Positions 1-13,000 are shown, counted from the stretch's first letter. The stretch: DNA of 64,000 bases from Rhynchobatus australiae (GCA_034780895.1 JAUZTB010000062.1:25919715-25983714), one strand, 5' to 3'. Program-made: numbers and translations. Notes: generated by a model not told the origin, from the letters alone.

Positions 1-600
1 TAAGGTCTGCTAACAAGGATCCAGTCGCAGAGGGAGATAGAGAGGCCCAGGTCTCGAAGCCTGATTTTGAGTTTGGGAGGGAAGATTGTGTTGAACACTG
101 AGCTGTACTCAATGAACAGCAGCCTGATGTACGAGTTCCTGTTGTCCAGATGGTCCAGAGCAGAGTGAAGAGCCAGAGAAATCGCATCTGCTGTTGACCT
201 GTTGTGGCAGTAGGCAAATTGAAACAGATCCAGGTCATCTCTGAGGCAGGAGTTGATTCACCCCATAACCAACCTCTCAAAGCACTTCATTATGGTTAGT
301 GTAAGGTTAGTGATGGTGGCATTGAGGCAGGTCAGCACACTCCTCTTGGGCATTAGTACAATCAATGCCTTTTTGAAGCAAGTTGGGAGCCTCAGACCAC
401 AGAAGCAAGAGGCTGAATATGTCCATACATACTCCAGCCTGTCCTGCACAGATCTTTAGTGGGTTCACCCTCTTGAAGAATGCCCAGATATCGGCCTCAG
501 AGACTGAGATTACAGGGTTATCCACAGATGTGGGGGCTTGTGTGGGTGTGTCATAGTTCTCCCCATCAAAGCTTGCTCTACTTTTAGAGCAAGAGAACAT
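1..600 (-). mobile_element. Rex1/Babar-type LINE reverse transcriptase fragment (decayed, runs off the window edge)
   Basis: Minus-strand translation PTCFKKALIVLMPKRSVLTCLN...TIMKCFERLV, followed by an FQFAY..RSTADAISLALH..LDHLD..LLFIEYSS.FNT-like stretch. These are typical of Rex/Babar RT; frameshifts are present. Confidence 0.8.
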
Positions 601-1519
601 CTAAACTACAGGAGATTCTGGGTCCTGAAGTATAATTACTCATGGTAGCTCCTGAATTGCCTCTGAAGAAGGAACACAAAGTCAACTGGACTCAGAGCAA
701 ATTGATGATGAGTGAGCTTTCAAAAGTAAAATTTTCAGCTCTGCTGATAAATCCAACCTGGTTTAATAAAAGGCTAATGTTGGTGTAGTTACTCTGATTG
801 TTACTGGGAATTCAGATCCAAATTCTTATTTGTTCCTTCTGATAATGCAAGAAAAACATGGTCCATATATGTAACTATGTCTGATGCAATCTATATACAG
901 GAGAACAAATTAAAACCCTGTTTGCATTAAGAGAATTCACAGAAGTTCTTTAATTAGAGGGTGCACCTGGATGTGTCCTTTTAACAATGTATTGCTTAAT
1001 GTCAGATTAAAAGTCAGAGTTGGAAAAAACCTCACAGAACAACTCTTTATAAATTGAATGAGTGCAACCTCCACAGGTTATTATACCTGCCGGTCACAGA
1101 AATACATTCTATCAAAACAACAGCATGTTTCATCACTGAATCAATGAGCCATGCCCCAACATGTCAAGGTTTTCCACAAGGTAGTTTCCCAATCTTGGTT
1201 AGATTATTAAAGGAAATGCTGAGTTCTCCAGTGCTGGAAGTAGTTTGGGTTAACCAGTATATCAGACGAGTAAGCAGAATTAACACCCACATGCAGGAAT
1301 AATGCTCACTAAGCAGTTTCAGTCCTTGCTCAATTTGATCAACGTAAGTTAAAACAAGTTATATTCAATAAGTGACTCACAGTGGTGATTCTGCTTATTT
1401 GCCTCTGCTGGTTAGCCTTACCATTTCAAGCACTGGAAACAAAGTTTCTACTTCTCAGCATTTCTTTTAATGATCTAACCAAGACTGGGAGACTACCTTA
1501 TGGAAAACCTTGACACAAC

Positions 1520-1680
1520 AAATTCTGCAGATGTTGGAATCTGGAGTTGGAATAAACAAAAAGTGCTGGAGGAACTCAGCAGGTCAGGCAGCATCCATGG
1601 AGGGAAACAAACAGTCAACATTTTGGGCCAAGACCCTTCATCAGGATTGGAAAGGAAGAGGACAGAAGCCAGAATAAGAA
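1520..1680 (-). mobile_element. Penelope-like element terminal repeat fragment with decayed hammerhead motif
   Basis: Reverse complement reads caatc-ctgatga-agggtcttggccc-aaaa-tgtt-gactg...gatgctgcctgacctgctgagttcctccagc. Related copies lie at ~7290, ~12900, ~17340, ~18065 and ~55320. Confidence 0.6.
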
Positions 1681-2218
1681 GGCACAGAGCCATATTGCAC
1701 AGAAACAGGCCCTTCAATCCACCAAGTCTACACCAACCTACAAACACAAATTTATAATAATCCTACACTAGTCCCATTTTATTCACCCNNNNNNNNNNNN
1801 NNNNNNNNNNNNNNNNNNNNNNNNNNNNNNNNNNNNNNNNNNNNNNNNNNNNNNNNNNNNNNNNNNNNNNNNNNNNNNNNNNNNNNNNNNNNNNNNNNNN
1901 NNNNNNNNNNNNNNNNNNNNNNNNNNNNNNNNNNNNNNNNNNNNNNNNNNNNNNNNNNNNNNNNNNNNNNNNNNNNNNNNNNNNNNNNNNNNNNNNNNNN
2001 NNNNNNNNNNNNNNNNNNNNNNNNNNNNNNNNNNNNNNNNNNNNNNNNNNNNNNNNNNNNNNNNNNNNNNNNNNNNNNNNNNNNNNNNNNNNNNNNNNNN
2101 NNNNNNNNNNNNNNNNNNNNNNNNNNNNNNNNNNNNNNNNNNNNNNNNNNNNNNNNNNNNNNNNNNNNNNNNNNNNNNNNNNNNNNNNNNNNNNNNNNNN
2201 NNNNNNNNNNNNNNNNNN

Positions 2219-2545
2219 AGCCATATTGCACAGAAACAGGCCCTTCAATCCACCAAGTCTACACCAACCTTCAAACACTCATTTATACTAATCCTACACT
2301 AGTCCCATTTTATTCTCCCTACATTCCCATTAACTCCCCTCAGATTCTACCTCTCATCTACACATTAGAGGCAATTTACAATGGCCAACTTACCTACCAA
2401 CCCACACATCTTTGGGATGTGGGACAAAACTGGAGCACTCGGGGAAATCCACAGGGCTGCAGGGAGAATGGGAAGGCTGGCAGACAGTGCCTGAGGTTGG
2501 GTGTGAACACAGATCACTGGAGCTGAGGCAGCAGTCTAGTAATTG
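2219..2545 (-). mobile_element. HE1-like tRNA-derived V-SINE with CR1-type 3' tail
   Basis: On the minus strand: tRNA-like head (ctgctgcctcagctccagtgatctgtgttcacaccc), V-domain-like core (cccgagtgctccagttttgtcccacatcccaaaga) and CR1-like tail (aagggcctgtttctgtgcaatatgg). The tail is repeated at 1688-1788 across the gap. Confidence 0.7.
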
Positions 2546-3429
2546 TGTCATTGTGCTGGTACATTTAATTCAGGCTCCAACTTACACTGTAGGAGCCTAG
2601 TATAAATGCATTCCCATGATGGAAAACAACATGCATGAGGAAAATAATACTTAAAGATATAAGTGGTGAGAGAGAGGCCTTGGAAGGACCCAGGAAACTG
2701 ATGACACCACCACCAATTCGGAGACAGAAAATCAAGATTGCACAAGTTGCAAAGGCTGTAGAACAGCCTTCAGCAAAGGCTGAAATACACCGATATCCAG
2801 ATGTAATCACCATTTCATCAGACAGCAAAGATATTGATTACTTGAAACCATCAGACACCACTTAGGGCTGACTGCATGGCTGTTATGAAGATACTGGAGA
2901 GTACTGAGCTAACTTGTAACTGTAGGGACATAAGATAATTTGTAAAATAAATTATAGCGGAGTATGTTGAAAGTTCAGTTGTCGCTATTATATGGGGTAA
3001 AGTAATCCAGATTGGTGATAAAATTTTCTTGTTGAACATTACCATATGGTCCTTGACCAGAAGGCATTTAAGAACTTTAATATCCGCAGAGCAGGTAAGT
3101 GAGCCCCAGAAAGGTTATACACTGATATAAAGTTATGTAATTCCCCAGTACATTATAATTCATTGCAGTAACAATATAAAGGCTGATTCATTGCAATAAA
3201 TTAACACCTAATAGTCTGATTGCACAGATGCAAATTAAAAATAACTTAGAAGTGAAAACAAATCCTCCATTATAACTTTATTAATGATACATATCTGACC
3301 TTTATTCATCTGTAAGAAAGAAAAAAATAACCCCTAGAATTGTAGACTGCTGTGTGTCACTGTATATCCCCCAGTGATAAACATCCAAGTACAACTGTAA
3401 ATTCCTGACTTTTACTTCAGCTGCAGAGG

Positions 3430-4350
3430 TAACACGATGAAGTTCCTGATGGACTTCATCCCAGGGACAAAGAAAAAGTAGCTAAAAAGATTTTTGATAC
3501 ATTGGTGTTAATTTTCCAAAGTCCTCTAGATTCTGAAAAGATTTCGTTAGATGAAAGATAGCACATTCATTCAGAAAAGGAGAGAAATAGAAAGCAGGAA
3601 ACTACAGGCCAGTTAGGTTAGTCTACCTGTCATTGGGAAAATGTTAGAAGCTATTATTAAAGACATTATCGAAAGGCATACAGAAAAAGTCAAGGCAATC
3701 GTGTTTTATGAAAGAGAAATCATCTAATCATCTTTGACTAGTTAGAATTCTCTGAAGAAGCTTTAAGTGTGAGGGGGTTAAGTACTTCCTAATCAGTAGT
3801 ACAACCTCCTCACCTCTTTTATACCCAAGTAGAACACGCTGCCAGGGAGGTGGTGAAGCAGATATCATAGCAATGTTTAAGAGGCATTCAGAGGGTAAAA
3901 CCAAAAAAAAGCATATTGGCTAAATGGTGAGAACTTGCAGAGGGCTGAGACACTGAGAAATCTGGGAGTCTTAGTTCATGATTTACAAAGGGCTAGTATG
4001 CAGGTAAAACAAGCAAATAAAATTTATTGTTTATTGCTGGGGGAATTAAATAGAAAAGAATGGAGGCCGTGCTTCAGTTATGTAGGACATTGGTGAGACC
4101 AGACCTGGAATACTGTATTGTATTGATTTGCATCTTTAAAGAAAAATTGTAGATGCATACATGCAAAGCAGTTTGGAAAAAGTTTAGTGGACAATTACCT
4201 GGAATGGGTGGTTTGTCTTCTGACGATAGGAGAATACGAGTTAACCGTTAAAATACATAAGATCTGAAGGGTGGGTGTGGAGAGAATATGGACAAATCTA
4301 GAAATAGGAGCACACCCATTTCAGATCAGCCATAATCCCATTGAATGGTG
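3430..4350 (+). mobile_element. Old, heavily deleted CR1 LINE fragment
   Basis: Remnants of PLFKKG..GNYRPVSL (ggaaactacaggccagttaggtta) and LYRTLVRP.LEYC (ttatgtaggacattggtgagaccagacctggaatactgt). Confidence 0.7.
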
Positions 4351-4359
4351 AAGAAGCGA

Positions 4360-4559
4360 ACCATAGAACACTACAGCACAGAAAACAGCCCATTCAGCCC
4401 TTCTAGTCTGTGCCAAAACTTTATTCCGCTAGACCCATTTGCCTGCACACAGTCCATAACCCTCCAGACCTCACCCATCCACGTATCTATCCAATTTATT
4501 CTTAAAACTTAAGAGTGAGCCCGCATTTACCACATCAGATGGCAGCTCGTTCCACACTC
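4360..4559 (-). mobile_element. CR1 LINE 3' end, truncated by a gap
   Basis: Reverse complement gives gagtgtggaacgagctgcca...ctagaagggctgaatgggctgttttctgtgctgtagtgttctatggtt, a typical CR1 3' end. Confidence 0.7.
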
Positions 4560-5129
4560 NNNNNNNNNNNNNNNNNNNNNNNNNNNNNNNNNNNNNNNNN
4601 NNNNNNNNNNNNNNNNNNNNNNNNNNNNNNNNNNNNNNNNNNNNNNNNNNNNNNNNNNNGTCAATATGTGGAAAGTTAAAATCCCCTATTATTACAACTT
4701 TCTGTTTCTTACATCGGTCTGCTATCTCTCTACCGATTTACAAGAGACTGAGTGGCTTATTCCTGTTCCTAATTTGCATGTTCCTACAGTCCTCACCAGA
4801 CATCAATCAATGCACAGCCATCATCTGGACTACTTGTCAGTGAAGGCTTTGTTTTTTCTACTTTCTTATGGGCAAAGTGCTGAGTGATTGTCTCTTGTGG
4901 CATGGCTGAGAATAGGGTTGTGCCTGGTGGAGAACTGAGACAGAACTTTGGCACAAAATTCTTTGGTGAAACAGTCGATGTTCCTCTGGTAGCAAAATAA
5001 AACTTTGGATGTCCAACCGATAACTGTGATTGGCTACTCACAAGGCCAGTTACAAAGTAGCTTTCACAGCACTGCTTTCTAAAATTACTTCCTTATCTGG
5101 AAGAAAGCTAAATTCCAAATACAGCTAAC

Positions 5130-7096
5130 AACCAGGTAATCAAGACTGTAGAGTTTAGATGTTTCACATGTAATAGAGAGGGACGTATAAGTGGTGGGGA
5201 AGTTGTATGATTGATTGGGGCGAATATCACTGCTGCACAAAGAGAGGACATCTTGGACAGCTCATTCAGTGAAGCAATATGGGCAGAGCTCAGGAATAAG
5301 AAAGATGCAATCACTATGATGACGTTATATGACAGGCCTCCCAATAACTAGTGGGAGAAAGAGGAACAGGTATGTAGGCAGATCATGAAAAGGTGTAAAA
5401 ACAACAGGGTTGTTGTAGTGGGCAATTTTAACTTCCCAAATATTGACTTGAACTCCCTTAGTGTCAGGAACTTAGAGGGGGCAGAATTTGTTCCGTGCAT
5501 CCAGAAAGGTTTCTTGAAACAAGATGTAGATACTCCAACTAAGGATGGGACCATACTCAACCTTATATTGGGGAAAGAGCCTAGCCAAGTGATTAAAGTT
5601 TCAGTGAGGCAGAATTTTGGGAACAGTGACCACAATTTCATAAGTTTTAAGATAGCTATGGATAAGGATAAGACTCATCCTCAGGTGAAAGTGTTAAATT
5701 GGACGAAGGCTAATTACAACAGTATTAGGTAGGAACTGGGAAAAATAGATTGGGAGTGGCTGTTTGGGATTAAATACACATTTGACATGTGGGAGTTTTT
5801 TTAAAAGGCCAGCTAGTTAGAGTTCAGGAGCAGTGTGTTCCTGTGAGGAGGAAAGATAAGTATGGCAAAGTTCAGGAACCTTGGATGACAAGAGATATTG
5901 TATGTTTAGTCAAAAAGAAAAAGGAAGCATATGTAAGGTGTAGGAAGCTGAAATCAGACAAGGCCCTTGAGGAATATAAAGGAAGCAGGAAAGCATTTAA
6001 ACAAGGAATTGGGACAGCTAAAAGGGGCCATAAAATGTCCTTGGTAAATCTTTTGACAAGGTCCTTCATGGTAAACGGATCCAGAAGATTAAATTACATG
6101 TGAGTTGGTAAGATGGATACAGAATTGGCTTGGTCATAGAAGATTGAAAGTGGTGGTAGAGGCGTGTTTTTCTTACTGGAGCTCTGTGACTAGCAGTGTT
6201 CAGCAAGGATCAGTGCTGGGACCTCTGTTGTTTGTAATATATATATAGATATAGATATATATAGATATATAGATATATAAATGATTTGAATGAAACTAGG
6301 TGATCTAATTAGCAAGTTTGTAAACAACACAAGAATTGGTGGTGTTATGGATAATGAGAAAGGTTTTCAAAGGATACAGCAGGATGTAGGTCAGTTGGAA
6401 ATTTGGTTGGAGAAATGACAGATGGTGTTTAATCTGGACAAGTGTGAGGCGACGCCCACAGGGAGGTCAAATGGAAGAAGAAAGTACACAGTAAATGACA
6501 GGACCCTTAAAAACATTGACGTACAAAGGGATGTTGAGTTACAAGTCCATAGCTCCCGGAAAATGGCAAGGCAAGTGGACAGGGTGGCAGTGAAGACACA
6601 CACATGCTTGCCTTCATTGGCTGGGACACTGAGCATAAAAGATGGCAAGTCATGTTGCAGCTGCATAAAACTTTGGTTAGGCCATACTTGGAGCATTGTG
6701 TACAGTTCTGGTCACCATATTGTAGGAAGGATGTGGTGACTTTGGAGAGGGTGCAGAAGAGGTTCACCAGGATGTTGCCTGGACTTGAGAATGTTAGCTA
6801 TAAGGAGAGGTCGGACAAACTTGTTTCCTTTGGAGCTTTGAAAGCTGAGTAGCAACCTGATAGAAGTAGATAGATAATCATAGCTTTAAAATGTGAGGGG
6901 GATAACTTAAAGGAGAAGTGTGAGGCAAGTATTTTTACACAGAAAGTGGTATGTGCATGGAATGGGCTGCCATGGGAGGTGGTAGAAGCAGGTACAATAA
7001 CAACGTTTGACAGGCATTTAGACAAACAGAGGAACAAGCTGGGAATAGAGGGACATGGAGCATGTGCAGACAGGCGGAATTTGTTAGACTGGCATC
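5130..7096 (+). mobile_element. CR1 LINE ORF2 remnant (endonuclease and RT, internally deleted, many stops)
   Basis: ORF track shows VVVVGNFNFPNID, TPTKDGTILNLILG and GNSDHNFISF (APE endonuclease), then FDKV.H, QGSVLGPLLF, FNLDKCE, LVRPYLEHCVQFWSPY..LERVQKRFTRM and WNGLP (CR1 RT and C-terminus). Confidence 0.92.
6237..6278 (+). repeat. Compound AT/ATAG microsatellite inside the CR1 copy
   Basis: atatatatatagatatagatatatatagatatatagatatata. Confidence 0.9.
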
Positions 7097-7284
7097 NNNN
7101 NNNNNNNNNNNNNNNNNNNNNNNNNNNNNNNNNNNNNNNNNNNNNNNNNNNNNNNNNNNNNNNNNNNNNNNNNNNNNNNNNNNNNNNNNNNNNNNNNNNN
7201 NNNNNNNNNNNNNNNNNNNNNNNNNNNNAACTTGAGTAAAGCTAAACCACATAAGACCCATACACAAGACTGTCAATACAATTT

Positions 7285-7410
7285 AGTTTTATGAAAGGAC
7301 ATCAACCTGAAACGTTAATATCCACGGATGCTGCCTGAACTGTTGAGTGTTTCCAGCACTTTCTGTTTTTGTTTCCGATTTCCAAGATCTATGGAATTCT
7401 GCTTTACAAT
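7285..7410 (+). mobile_element. Penelope-type terminal repeat fragment
   Basis: atgaaaggacatcaacctgaaacgttaa...gatgctgcctgaactgttgagtgtttccagcactttctg, related to the element at 1520-1680. Confidence 0.55.
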
Positions 7411-9329
7411 AATTTGTAGAACGTGATCAGATACAGCCCAAATTATCTTCTGATGTTTTAAGAACATCATAAACTATCATTTCTTTCTGTCTGAGTTTGT
7501 TTTCTACGTGACAGCAGTAATCATCATCAATGTGAAAAGGAAAGCATAGCTTTACTAATTATAAAATTATAAATAATGAATTAAGTACAGAAGCTCTACA
7601 ACCTGAGGTCCTGCAGAGCTTAAAGAAACATTTTATCATGTTGCAAGATTCCCTGGTACATTAGTCATTTATAGATTCTGAGAACATGTTACTTTCTGAA
7701 AAAGATTTAAAATGCTGTAAATAATGCAGATCAATTAAGGAGACTGTGACTAAAACTGGATACACAGTGACTGCAGAGCATAAATAAATCAGTGATAAAA
7801 GTATGCACAAAAAACTCCAAGCTTTTCTGAAGTGAAGCTTTTGCTCTCTGGTACATCTGTGGTTAACACTGCTCTTTCTACTCCCATTTGAAATTGAAAA
7901 CACCTGTGCTTGAGAATGATGGCTTATTAGAAAATTTCCAGGACCTTGTAGATTCCCTGATCAAGTACTATTTGCATTCCACCATAGGGACAGAGAGTTC
8001 ACCTGATTGTTATTGGATAACATGTAGTTTAATTGGCATTTAATAAGATTTATTGATGCATGTAAAGAATACATGAAAGAGATACATGGACAGGAAATGA
8101 CAAGACATGTTTCCTTTGAACTTTGCAGAACAATTTAAAGTAAAATGGACCATGCTAAGTGTTATTTAGCCCATTTAACGTGTCTTTTTTCCACAAAAAA
8201 TAGATACCACTGAACAAAATAAATAACGACAGTTATATTTAACTAGCTCCTGACATTGCCAGATTTTGCTTTAATTTAAACTTTGTTTAGTTTCCTGCCT
8301 ATTATTTTCTATCCTCCCCTCCTCCATTCCAGATACATCGCTTTCAGTTGTGTTTGTGGAAACTATTAATGGTGTCTATGATATAATCACTAATGTTTTG
8401 AGTAATGTTTTATTTCTTCCAATGGCAGGAGCATGAACTCTACTCCTGATCTTCTTCACCTTGAAGCATCTTTCTCCACCTTCAAAAGTTTCTTCAAAAG
8501 ATACTCATTAACTATGTTAATGGTTATTCCTTATTCGTTTTTTATTTCTACTCATTATTATTCAATCCTTCTCTGATATCCCTTGCAATGTTTCCAACAT
8601 TAAAATGTCAAAAAATTGTAAATGATGGTTTCTCTTGGTTAAAATCTCCATATACATACAGCTTACATCTACCAACTTTCCATCAAATTCAAAACAGTTC
8701 AAATATTTTTCAAACACTTGTGATAATATGTTTTAGAGATTTAATTAGAATGTTGCAAAGAACGAGAATGTTCAACATCCCTTTAAACAGAACAATTAAA
8801 CAAAATATATTTTCACATCTTTTGAAAATGATAGCATTATTTAGTTATGCTTCAATTTATCTCAATGGAGCTCTGCTCTAGTTGGTCATACCTCTTTCAG
8901 GTCAACGTCAATGCATTGTAACACCTTAGTAACAAGGATCATGTTATGGGTGGGTAGAGAAGTCTAGATCCTCTTTTTTATAATAAAATGATAGAGGCAC
9001 TGGGTTTATCAGAGCCATTAGAAAAAGATGCATAAAAGGTCTATCCAGTGAGATAGCATTGCTATTAGAAGTCTAAATTAGAAAAAAAACAACATATATA
9101 ATGCTATAAGAATAGAGGCAAACATGAGAGGTCAATAAAAAGTGCCATGTCCACAGGTGACACCTGGCCTTGGCCAGTGGATGGCCAGCTCGGCTAGGTC
9201 CAGAAGACCTATGAGTCCAACACCACCCACCCATCACAAGTGATTGCCTGAGCATTTATAAATGTGCTGGTGTGACCATCTAATGTGCTCTCCTCAATAA
9301 ATTGAAGGGGGGTAGTATTGGTGAACAAC

Positions 9330-9620
9330 ATTTAGGACCCTCACCATCCAGGGCATGCCCTCTTCTCGTTGCTACCATCAGGGAAGAAGTGCAGGAATCT
9401 AAAGACCCACACTTGATAATTCAGAAACAGCTTCTTCCACTCAGCCGTTGGATTTCTGAACAGTCTATGAACCCACAAACACTACCTCATTATTCCTTTT
9501 TTGCATTATTTATTTATTTTTGTAATTTATCGTTATTTTATATCTTTGCACTGTACTGCTGCCACAAAACAACAAATTTTACGTCATGTAAGTCAGTGAA
9601 AATAAATCTGATTCTGATGA
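9330..9620 (+). mobile_element. Rex/Babar LINE 3' end
   Basis: Encodes a DPHHPGHALFSLLPSG-like remnant and ends in aataaatctgattctga. It matches the reverse complement of 14375-14560. Confidence 0.75.
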
Positions 9621-9879
9621 CTGTCCACCAATGTAGCAATATTATTTCAAGGGAATGTTGATCATAGTGGTTGAGTAATGATGTCTGTGAGAGCATCTCA
9701 GGAAGACACAGTGAGTTTATCTAATTTTACAGATATCCATGAATGTTGCAATCTTCTTCTGAAATAAGGCACCTTTGATGTCAATAGAAATGAAGTTTAA
9801 TATGCATACGCTAAGATATCATGTACTTCGCACATGTGACTGGGAAAAAAGTCTTACTCCTATTATAATTAGGTTGGTG

Positions 9880-10045
9880 GGACACATCATTCTCAAGTGT
9901 ATGTGACGTAGCACTGCACAGTTTAGCAGTTGTGTTACCTACCTTACAGCAGTGATTACATTTCAGGAGGTATTTCATTCTCTAGAAGGCAATTTGGATG
10001 TCTGGAAGGCATAAAAGGTGTCATATAAATACATGTTCTTTCACT
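9880..10045 (+). mobile_element. Deu-domain SINE (AmnSINE1/SacSINE1-like) 3' portion
   Basis: cctaccttacagcagtgattacatttcaggaggtatttcatt...aaaggtgtcatataaatacatg resembles the DeuSINE 3' region as recalled. Confidence 0.55.
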
Positions 10046-13000
10046 TTACACAGCTGAAGTGCACCTAGTGTACGGCTTTTACAACCTTTTCTCTTGAAGT
10101 TTAATAATGGTTATCAAAACCACTTGATTGTGTTACAGCAAGAATTTTGCATTCTTTACATACATGAAAGGGGTACACAAGAACACACAGGAATGTTAAA
10201 ACTAAAAACAAATCTTTCAGCTCAGTTAGCTTACCCATTGTTTAAATCCTTGTTCAGGACCTGTTCAGTCTGTTTCCACCTCCTTGGCACAAAGCTTTAT
10301 TGAATCAACTCCCTGTCTCTTTTTTCAGTGCTTTAGTTTATTCAGTGCCTTACATTGTATTTGGTCTTGCTATTTTCCATAATACCTTATCCACCTTGAA
10401 TCACATCTACTGTTCTTTACTGNNNNNNNNNNNNNNNNNNNNNNNNNNNNNNNNNNNNNNNNNNNNNNNNNNNNNNNNNNNNNNNNNNNNNNNNNNNNNN
10501 NNNNNNNNNNNNNNNNNNNNNNNNNNNNNNNNNNNNNNNNNNNNNNNNNNNNNNNNNNNNNNNNNNNNNNNNNNNNNNNNNNNNNNNNNNNNNNNNNNNN
10601 NNNNNNNNNNNNNNNNNNNNNNNNNNNNNNNNNNNNNNNNNNNNNNNNNNNNNNNNNNNNNNNNNNNNNNNNNNNNNNNNNNNNNNNNNNNNNNNNNNNN
10701 NNNNNNNNNNNNNNNNNNNNNNNNNNNNNNNNNNNNNNNNNNNNNNNNNNNNNNNNNNNNNNNNNNNNNNNNNNNNNNNNNNNNNNNNNNNNNNNNNNNN
10801 NNNNNNNNNNNNNNNNNNNNNNNNNNNNNNNNNNNNNNNNNNNNNNNNNNNNNNNNNNNNNNNNNNNNNNNNNNNNNNNNNNNNNNNNNNNNNNNNNNNN
10901 NNNNNNNNNNNNNNNNNNNNNNNNNNNNNNNNNNNNNNNNNNNNNNNNNNNNNNNNNNNNNNNNNNNNNNNNNNNNNNNNNNNNNNNNNNNCTTTAATTT
11001 TATTGCCGTCCTGGTTCTCAATAAGTAATAACTCCATGTTTCAATGCACTTGAACAAAAATGGCAGCAAGCCAAAATTTCAGATGCATGAGTCCTAAAAC
11101 CACTGAGAAGCTGAAATGGTTGTAAGTTGCAGATTATGATCAATATTTCCAGTTGCTATTCTCCAGAATCAGGGAGAGCTGCTGATTTTCTTCGTGGGAT
11201 TTTTTTAAAAAGTAACTTCTATGCTGATTGAAGGAGTGTTCATTTATCATTGTGTAAAAGACTGTAGGTTTTATTTCTTCTGATAGTACAATGATTGGAA
11301 ATGGTTTAATGCACCAAGGTGTCAACTGTTGTTGGAATCCTGGTCGAGGAGGATTCAAAACCCACTTTAGTCTAACACGCTCATTCCTTGCTAAGGACAT
11401 CCTTCGTTCTCGACATTTGGATGATACAAGAACCTTGACCTGTTCAAAGCTGGAAGATGATTCAATGGCAACAAAAGGGAACCCTCTCTTTTGGCAATAA
11501 TGTTCCCTCAGACAACATGAAGATGCTCAGATTAACTAGTCATTTATTCAGTAACATTTTGCTTAGAATACAAGACGGGCCACATCGGCAGAGAGAGAGA
11601 AAAACAGTCAGTATTTCAGATCAAAGACNNNNNNNNNNNNNNNNNNNNNNNNNNNNNNNNNNNNNNNNNNNNNNNNNNNNNNNNNNNNNNNNNNNNNNNN
11701 NNNNNNNNNNNNNNNNNNNNNNNNNNNNACTAAAGCTCAGACCATGTGACTCACTTTTTAATTTTTTTAATCATCAGAACACATATTTGAAGTTAATCCC
11801 ATCTGTGTTATTCTGCAATTGTACTTTCTTCTTAGTTATCAACCCATTGGCCCAGATTTAGTCACCAAATTAACCAAGGGCTTAATAGTGGTCACTGTTA
11901 GTAAATGGGCAATTGCTCTCTGAATTATGAAGAGGGAAAGATAACAATATATGACATAACGTCTCCTGAGGTGAAAGTTGCTGGATGGCTGGCAATGCTT
12001 TCTATTATTCTATCAAAAGTGGCAGCTCATCCTCNNNNNNNNNNTGTTCCCAGCACATCGTTCATCCTCAATCTCTCCTGAATTTCATGAAATTGTTGCA
12101 TTTGCACATTTACCACCAATTAAAGCATAAAACAGCTGGGGCTGCTACTATACAGTGCAAAATAACTTCTTAATGCTGAGATTAATGTTGCTGCAATGCC
12201 GCTAAAACACTCCTGCCAAGAAGGGAACAAGTCAGTCCACGAAATGCCATCCTACATGTCATAAATTGTCACGAGAAAATAAGTTTCTTTTTTATTTTTA
12301 TCTAATTTCAGTTCTCTGTCTTAATTTTTCCCATCTTCCTTTCTAGCTCTCTGCATCCTGTTTTTCCTGCCCTTTCGTCATCTCTCTCGTATCTGATCTA
12401 ATTCGCCTTTCTCAGAGCTTCTTCTGCCTCTTTTTCAGTCCTAACGTGTCATTGGTTAAAAGGTTACATTGCTTACCAAGGTCTTGGGTGACGTGGTTCC
12501 CTCACTATATCTATATCAGCTTATGCATCCAATGAAGAACGGGCCAATATTGCCGAAGGGGAAGGGATCCTAATTAACGGGCCAATTGGCGCACTGGGCT
12601 TTGAGAGGAGGTTCTGACCACCACCAAGGTGACAGGTGTGTGTCTCTCTACAAGTGGGGTGGCAATGAACCCCTCTGGCACTCTGATCAAGCTGAAATCA
12701 GCCCACTGATCTGGTTCTTTTTCAGAACAACCCTAAGCTGGAAAATTCCCATTGAGGAGCATTTTGTCTTCAATAACAGATGCTGGAGTGAAAGAGAAAG
12801 TGAAAAAGAAAGAAGAAAGCAAAGAAGAAATGTCTCTGATATGGTGGAATACAGGTGAGATGAAAAGACAATCAGAGTAAGGGTGCAAAATAACAAAATC
12901 CCAGAGCAGGTGAAAATGCAGAAAATCTGAAATTAGGAAGGAATGCTGGAAATATTGAAAATAGGAAGGGAGAAGATAAAATGAACATCGACTTCTGTCG

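Noticed and set aside
1688-2320. Near-identical ~100-bp sequence on both sides of the 1789-2218 gap
   Set aside because: Typical unmerged contig overlap or haplotype artefact in a SINE tail; not evidence of a real duplication.
10300-11069. Long ORFs spanning N runs (also at 1763, 14845, 15585, 54134, 61131)
   Set aside because: Their length comes from untranslatable N gaps.
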